From contig CAZULK010000001.1 in NCBI GenBank assembly GCA_964621225.1, forward strand, positions 3,888-67,887: a stretch of DNA of 64,000 nt. The letters are read 5' to 3'. This document shows, piece after piece, positions 59,009 through 64,000 of this stretch. Position 1 is the first letter of the stretch. Each line of letters opens with the position of its first letter. The position numbers were made by a program, and so were the translations under genes. The DNA is from an uncultured Melioribacteraceae bacterium (GTDB lineage Bacteria > Bacteroidota > Ignavibacteria > Ignavibacteriales > Melioribacteraceae). The notes under the pieces are model-generated. The model was not told the DNA's origin. It did not search any database and was given only the letters and a program-made list of their open reading frames with translations.

Positions 59009-59593
59009 TTATTTCATAATTCCATGCTTGCAAAAAAACTTAACATTTTGTCTGATCTCGTTCAGAGGATATTCTTCCGGGGACTGAGCCCATTGGAGAA
59101 CCAAACTCCTTAATCCTCCGAGAAAAAAGGTCTTAAATATCTTCAGATCGAATGTATTGAATTCACCCGAATCGATCCCGCTTTTCATAATTTTTTCTCC
59201 CTCGTCCATAAACAAATTATAATAGTTTGTGAAAGAGGAGGGATTCTTTTGCATCAAATGATTTTGCTCGTTAACAAAGACCAAAGCTTTTGCCGGATTC
59301 TCGATAAAAGAATCGAATACCAGATCAATTAAATAATCCATCTTTTCGGCAGCGCTAAGGAGATTATTATTCGAAATTTTTAATATTTGCTGATAAAGAG
59401 GATGCCAAATCTCTTCGAATATTTTTAATAAAATATCCTCTTTATTCTTGTAATATACATAAACGCTTCCTGTAGCTACACTTGCAATTTCGGCAATCTT
59501 GCTTATTTTTGCATTGTGATAGCCATATTCCGCAAACACCTGAACGGCTGCTTCAATTATATCCTTTTCCTTATTTCCTTCTTTGGTTCTCAT
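59009..59593 (-). CDS. TetR/AcrR-family transcriptional regulator
   Basis: N-terminal HTH IIEAAVQVFAEYGYHNAKISKIAEIASVATGSVYVYYKNKEDIL, 194 aa. First gene of the efflux operon. Confidence 0.9.
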   Translation of the reverse strand: MRTKEGNKEKDIIEAAVQVFAEYGYHNAKISKIAEIASVATGSVYVYYKNKEDILLKIFEEIWHPLYQQILKISNNNLLSAAEKMDYLIDLVFDSFIENPAKALVFVNEQNHLMQKNPSSFTNYYNLFMDEGEKIMKSGIDSGEFNTFDLKIFKTFFLGGLRSLVLQWAQSPEEYPLNEIRQNVKFFCKHGIMK

Positions 59594-59749
59594 TTCAAAA
59601 TATAAATGAATTACGATTCAAAAATAGTAAATATTCATTATCTTGTCAAGTCCAGGCAAAAAAAATCTTTTACTAAATAAAATTTGACATAAAGATTCTT
59701 TTATTTGTAAGTTTGAAAACCTAATCAAACTATATTAAGGAGAAATGTT

Positions 59750-60898
59750 GTGATTATTGGTGTTCCGAAAGAGATCTTACCAGGAGAAAACAGGGTAGCA
59801 TTAGTTCCGGATGTAGTTTCCAAACTGATTAAAAAAGGCTTTGATGTAAAAGTTCAAAAGGATGCCGGTATTAACGCCGGTTATACTGATGAACAATTCA
59901 AAGAAGCCGGAGCTAGTATACTCGATTCAGCGGAAGAAATTTATTCTTCCTCCGATATTATTCTTAAAGTTCAACGTCCGGTTGAGCATCCCGAAACACA
60001 GAAACATGAATTGGATATGATGAAAGAAGGCTCTCTCTTAATTGCCTTTATGTATTCGCTTCATCATCCTGAATTGGCAAAACAATGTGCCGAAAAAGGA
60101 GTTGACGTGATTTCGATGGATGCTATACCGAGAACCACACTTGCACAAAAGATGGATGCTCTCAGTTCTCAGGCAAACTTGGCAGGTTATAAATCTGTTA
60201 TTATGTGTGCCAATGAGCTGGGTAAAATTTTCCCTCTTATGATGACAGCGGCCGGGACAATTAAACCCGCAACAGTTGTTATTATGGGTGCAGGTGTTGC
60301 AGGCTTGCAAGCATTGGGCACGGCTAAAAGACTCGGTGCAATTGTTGAAGTTTCCGATATTCGTCCCACAGTTAAAGAAGAAGTTCAATCCCTTGGCGGT
60401 AGATTTATTGAAGTCCCCGTCGAAGAGAATATGCAGGACGAAGGCGGATATGCAAAAGAAGCAAGCGAAGAATTCCTTCGTAAACAGAAAGAGCTTATTT
60501 TCAAGCATGTTACCAATGCAGATATAGTAATTACAACTGCATTAGTACCGGGTAAAAAAGCTCCCGTTTTGGTAACGGAAGAAATGGTTAAAAACATGCG
60601 CCCCGGTTCTGTTGTGCTCGATATGGCAACCGAATTCGGCGGCAACTGCGAAATTAGTGAAAAGGGTAAAACAGTTGTGAAATACGGTGTTAAAATCATC
60701 GGTGAACCCAACTTGCCCTCTTTGGTTCCCACTCACGCAAGTGATATGTATGCAAAAAACCTTCAAGCTCTATTAGAGCACATGTTGGATAAAGAAGGTA
60801 ATTTCCAATATGATATGGAAGATGAAATTGTGAAGGGAGCTACAATAGTTAAAAATAAAGAAGTTGTTCACGAAAGAACAAAAGCTTTACTTCAATAA
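59750..60898 (+). CDS. pntAA: NAD(P) transhydrogenase subunit alpha part 1 (dI)
   Basis: IGVPKEILPGENRVALVP, GAGVAGLQALGTAKRLGA Rossmann motif. GTG start after AAGGAG. Confidence 0.93.
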   Translation: MIIGVPKEILPGENRVALVPDVVSKLIKKGFDVKVQKDAGINAGYTDEQFKEAGASILDSAEEIYSSSDIILKVQRPVEHPETQKHELDMMKEGSLLIAFMYSLHHPELAKQCAEKGVDVISMDAIPRTTLAQKMDALSSQANLAGYKSVIMCANELGKIFPLMMTAAGTIKPATVVIMGAGVAGLQALGTAKRLGAIVEVSDIRPTVKEEVQSLGGRFIEVPVEENMQDEGGYAKEASEEFLRKQKELIFKHVTNADIVITTALVPGKKAPVLVTEEMVKNMRPGSVVLDMATEFGGNCEISEKGKTVVKYGVKIIGEPNLPSLVPTHASDMYAKNLQALLEHMLDKEGNFQYDMEDEIVKGATIVKNKEVVHERTKALLQ

Positions 60899-60913
60899 AA
60901 TAAGGAATTGAAA

Positions 60914-61198
60914 ATGGCACTTGTTGATTTATTACTGCAGATATACGTTTTTGTTCTGGCTATTTTTGTTGGTTTCGAACTTATCACAAAAGTTCCCCCA
61001 ACATTGCACACACCACTTATGTCAGGCTCGAATGCCATTTCGGGTATCACTATTGTTGGTGCATTGCTTAGTGCCGGAGCGCAAAATCTGGAGATTAGTA
61101 CAATTCTTGGATTAGTAGCATTGATTTTTGCTACTATCAATGTTGTCGGAGGTTACCTTGTTACCGACAGAATGCTAAAAATGTTTAAAAAGAAATGA
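60914..61198 (+). CDS. pntAB: NAD(P) transhydrogenase subunit alpha part 2 (membrane dII-alpha)
   Basis: Three TM helices, TPLMSGSNAISGI and NVVGGYLVTDRML motifs. ATG 60914 preferred over TTG 60908. Confidence 0.9.
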   Translation: MALVDLLLQIYVFVLAIFVGFELITKVPPTLHTPLMSGSNAISGITIVGALLSAGAQNLEISTILGLVALIFATINVVGGYLVTDRMLKMFKKK

Positions 61199-61208
61199 GA
61201 GATAGGTT

Positions 61209-62603
61209 ATGCAAGTAATTTCATATTTAGTTTATCTGATTGCATCTATTCTTTTTATTTTCGGTATAAAAAGATTAGCTTCGCCTAAAACAGCCAGACA
61301 AGGTAATTTCCTTTCAGTAATTGGTATGTTCTTGGCGATTGTAGTTACATTACTCGATCAAAGAGTTGTAACTTTTGAATGGATATTAATCGGTTTAGTT
61401 GTCGGTTCGGCTATTGGTGCCGTGTTTGCCCTCAAGGTGCCTATGACCGGTATGCCGCAAATGGTTGGATTATTAAACGGATTCGGTGGTGGTGCTTCGC
61501 TGCTTGTTGCTTTCGCAGAGTATTATCACTTGATAGGAACCGGCGGAGAATTTGAAATTTCCACCACTATCACGATGGTACTTTCCGTATTGGTTGGTGC
61601 CGTAACATTTACCGGTTCGCTTATAGCCTTTGGTAAGCTACAAGGCTTAGTTACCGGAAAGGTGGTTAAATATCCGTTGCAAAACCCGATTAATGTTTTA
61701 TTATTCTTGGCAGTTTTAGTTGCCGGTGTGATGGTTGTTCTTAATCCGGTGGCAGAAGAAAGTTTATTACTCGGAATTGCGGCAGTTTCACTTGTGCTTG
61801 GTGTGCTGCTTGTATTGCCTATAGGCGGAGCGGATATGCCGGTTGCAATTTCATTGTTGAACTCATACTCCGGTATTGCAGCATCTATGACCGGATTCGT
61901 ACTTCATAATAATATGCTGATTATTGCCGGTGCATTGGTTGGTGCCTCCGGTATCATATTAACAATTATTATGTGCAAAGGTATGAACCGTTCCTTAATG
62001 AACGTGGTTCTTGGTGGATGGGAATCTGCCGGATCAGGTGCTGCTGCTAGCGGTGGAGAAACGGTTCAAAAACCTGTTAAATCCGTAGACGAAGAAGAAG
62101 CTGCAATGTTATTCGATTCTGCTCAGAATGTTGTGATTGTCCCCGGATATGGTATGGCAGTAGCACAGGCTCAACATGCCGTACGCGACTTGGCAAATAT
62201 TCTTGAATCGAAAGGAATTAATGTCAGATTCGCTATTCACCCGGTTGCCGGTCGTATGCCCGGACACATGAATGTTCTTTTGGCAGAAGCACAAGTATCC
62301 TACGATAAGTTATATGCTTTGGAAGATATTAATGATGATTTTAACAATGTTGATATCGCATTTATCGTTGGTGCAAACGATGTTGTTAACCCTGCTGCAA
62401 GACATGACCAGAACAGTCCGATTTTCGGAATGCCTATATTGAATGTTGATTATGCAAAGACAGTGATTGTTAATAAACGTTCTCTTAATGTAGGATATGC
62501 CGGAATCGATAATGAACTGTTTTATCAAGATAATACATTGATGTATTTTGGAGATGCAAAAGAAGCAATTACCAGATTGGTAAATGCATTGAAAGAATCT
62601 TAA
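61209..62603 (+). CDS. pntB: NAD(P) transhydrogenase subunit beta (dII-beta plus dIII)
   Basis: Polytopic N-terminal half, C-terminal NADP(H) domain VPGYGMAVAQAQH, HPVAGRMPGHMNVLLAEA, GANDVVNP. Confidence 0.95.
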   Translation: MQVISYLVYLIASILFIFGIKRLASPKTARQGNFLSVIGMFLAIVVTLLDQRVVTFEWILIGLVVGSAIGAVFALKVPMTGMPQMVGLLNGFGGGASLLVAFAEYYHLIGTGGEFEISTTITMVLSVLVGAVTFTGSLIAFGKLQGLVTGKVVKYPLQNPINVLLFLAVLVAGVMVVLNPVAEESLLLGIAAVSLVLGVLLVLPIGGADMPVAISLLNSYSGIAASMTGFVLHNNMLIIAGALVGASGIILTIIMCKGMNRSLMNVVLGGWESAGSGAAASGGETVQKPVKSVDEEEAAMLFDSAQNVVIVPGYGMAVAQAQHAVRDLANILESKGINVRFAIHPVAGRMPGHMNVLLAEAQVSYDKLYALEDINDDFNNVDIAFIVGANDVVNPAARHDQNSPIFGMPILNVDYAKTVIVNKRSLNVGYAGIDNELFYQDNTLMYFGDAKEAITRLVNALKES

Positions 62604-62620
62604 TTTAGTATTTGATTAAT

Positions 62621-62645
62621 GCCCCCGCAATGCGGGGGTTTTTTA
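62621..62645 (+). terminator. Rho-independent terminator after pntB
   Basis: CCCCCGC-AAT-GCGGGGG stem-loop followed by TTTTTTA. Located between convergent pntB and the DUF190 gene. Confidence 0.85.
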
Positions 62646-62653
62646 TTTTAAAT

Positions 62654-63010
62654 CTATTCTTCTTTTTTAGAGGTTGTGTATCTAATGATTTCCGCCTTTT
62701 CGAGGGTAATCAGTCCTCCGCAATTGGCACTTTCGAAGATTTTCTCTACTTCAGGTATGAATGAGTTGATCTTTTCTTCTTCGTCCACAATTTCAATTAC
62801 CAAAGGTAAATCCTCGGAAAGGGCTAAAATTTTACTGGTATGAATTCTACTGTTTCCGCCGAAACCCATTATCCCTCTGTAAACCGTGGCTCCAGCCAAT
62901 CCGGTTTCACGTGCTGCTAAAACAATTTTCTCATAAACCGTAACGTGATCAACTTTATCGGTTTCGCCGAGAAAGATTCTTAAGAGTTTTGCATTGCCGG
63001 TTAGTTTCAT
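62654..63010 (-). CDS. DUF190 (UPF0166) PII-like protein, commonly co-encoded with crcB
   Basis: LLRIFLGETDK...YEKIV..ARE.GLAGATVYRGIMGFG pattern, 118 aa. Confidence 0.8.
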   Translation of the reverse strand: MKLTGNAKLLRIFLGETDKVDHVTVYEKIVLAARETGLAGATVYRGIMGFGGNSRIHTSKILALSEDLPLVIEIVDEEEKINSFIPEVEKIFESANCGGLITLEKAEIIRYTTSKKEE

Positions 63011-63014
63011 TTTT

Positions 63015-63380
63015 TCACCTGCCGATTATGTATGCAATAAACACAAATAAAATTGTGATAAATAAATTCAATGAGATATTTCCAATGGCTAATAGAAATT
63101 CCGAATCTCTCAGTAGATTAAATGTTTCGAATGAAAAAGTGGAAAAGGTTGTCAATCCACCACAAAAACCTACTGCCAACAATAATTTCAGATTAGCATT
63201 CAACAATTCTTTATCGTCGAACCAGAAAATTAAAACGCCGAGAATAAAACTACCCAATGCGTTTACCGCAAGAGTACCATAGGGAAATAAAGAAGGTAAA
63301 AACTTATAAACCTTCGTTGAAATCAAATATCTCAACATTCCGCCAAATCCTGTACCGAGAAAAACGTAAAAATACTTCAT
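63015..63380 (-). CDS. crcB: Fluoride ion channel FluC/CrcB
   Basis: GGMLRY, GTLAVN, GFCGGLTTFSTFSFE motifs, four TM helices, 121 aa. Confidence 0.92.
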   Translation of the reverse strand: MKYFYVFLGTGFGGMLRYLISTKVYKFLPSLFPYGTLAVNALGSFILGVLIFWFDDKELLNANLKLLLAVGFCGGLTTFSTFSFETFNLLRDSEFLLAIGNISLNLFITILFVFIAYIIGR

Positions 63381-63467
63381 TAATAAATCCGAATCTGTAT
63401 AACTTTTTTATAATTTATTAGTCTAAATACAAAATTACAAATTTCAAAACAAATGGAAGGGGTTAAA

Positions 63468-64000
63468 ATGGAATATCGTAGGAATAAAATATTTTCTCTT
63501 CTCTTGATTGTTTTTACTATTTCCCTTGCAATCAATTCTCAAGCTGCAGATAAAAAAGTTATACATGAAAAAACCTTTGCGGTTGAAAAGGGAGAATTGC
63601 TCGAAGTGAACGCACAAGGCGGGGATGTTGGAGTTAAAGCCTGGGATAAAAATGAAGTGTACATCAAAGTTGTGGGGACATCCAAGGCAGCAAAGAAAGT
63701 AAAATTTCAATTCGAAAAGACGGACGAAGGCGTTTATGTTGAGGCGGAAAAGAAAAGTTCCGGATGGTTCAATTGGGGCGGACTTCAATACAGAATACTC
63801 GTCCGGGTACCCGAATCATTTAATGTTAAAGTTAAAACCAGCGGGGGTGATGTAAGAGTAATATCGGTCAACGGCCAGTGCGATGTTAAAACATCCGGTG
63901 GTGATATTACCGTTAGTGAATTAAAGGGTGAGCTTAATTTCAAAACATCCGGTGGAGATATTGAATCAAGCGGCTCGGAAGGAAAAGTTTCGGCAGCTAC
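63468..64000 (+). CDS. N-terminal part of a secreted DUF4097-like putative adhesin (beta-helical TSGGDI repeats); runs off the right window edge and is absent from the ORF track
   Basis: Hand translation from ATG 63468 (GGAAGGGG RBS 6-13 nt upstream): MEYRRNKIFSLLLIVFTISLAINSQAADKK...VKVKTSGGDVRVISVNG..VKTSGGDITVSEL..FKTSGGDIESSG. No stop before position 64000. Confidence 0.75.
   Translation, partial: MEYRRNKIFSLLLIVFTISLAINSQAADKKVIHEKTFAVEKGELLEVNAQGGDVGVKAWDKNEVYIKVVGTSKAAKKVKFQFEKTDEGVYVEAEKKSSGWFNWGGLQYRILVRVPESFNVKVKTSGGDVRVISVNGQCDVKTSGGDITVSELKGELNFKTSGGDIESSGSEGKVSAA

Noticed and set aside
59605-59639. 7-bp inverted repeat AATGAAT ... ATTCATT upstream of the TetR gene as a possible operator
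   Set aside because: It is only 7 bp, has a 21-nt spacer and sits in an A/T-rich region. This is well within chance expectation and cannot be supported without comparative data.
60038-60508. 156-aa minus-strand ORF inside pntAA (also 60385..60732 and others)
   Set aside because: It is antisense to a strongly supported conserved gene. It is Cys/Asn/Phe-rich with odd composition, typical of shadow ORFs.
63444-63788. 114-aa minus-strand ORF from the ORF track
   Set aside because: It is fully overlapped by a far more convincing + strand gene starting at 63468, which has an RBS, a signal peptide and repeated TSGGDI beta-helix units. The minus ORF has no recognisable features.

Overview
All calls come from reading the supplied translations and the DNA; no database search was run. 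This is a low-GC (by eye high-30s %), tightly packed bacterial chromosomal segment. Gene content points to an FCB-group organism, probably Ignavibacteria-like: bshC, T9SS-type PorV/PorQ-like proteins, FlgD-Ig/T9SS-like C-terminal domains and the ileS-dksA-like-lspA arrangement. Most of the window is housekeeping: der, upp, rel, ruvX, tmk, ctp, folD, deoC, trmH, aroA, bshC, nrdJ, yggS, divIVA, PNP, ileS, lspA, rluD, pntAA/AB/B, crcB and an SRP RNA. I found no rRNA, tRNA, CRISPR array, IS element, prophage or recognisable defence island.

The stretches worth a second look are:
1. A self-contained tandem pair of bacterial-microcompartment (BMC-H) shell genes with no cargo or vertex genes nearby. 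One carries an acidic linker plus a HeH/Rho_N-like C-terminal domain.
2. A deoC about 8 kb downstream with a ~65-aa N-terminal extension that begins with an encapsulation-peptide-like amphipathic helix.
3. A translationally coupled envelope operon: beta-barrel paralog, MprF-like flippase-like protein, GT2, CE4 deacetylase, GT2, beta-barrel paralog, M50 protease. It resembles amino-glycolipid or PNAG-type pathways.
4. A flavoprotein with permuted motif order fused to a NapH/NosR-like polytopic Fe-S membrane module.
5. A TetR-TolC-HlyD-ABC-2-ABC-2 operon with no ATPase gene.
6. A DksA/TraR zinc-finger protein with a histone-H1-like basic tail.
7. An orphan beta-class DNA methyltransferase.

None of these is proven novel from sequence alone.
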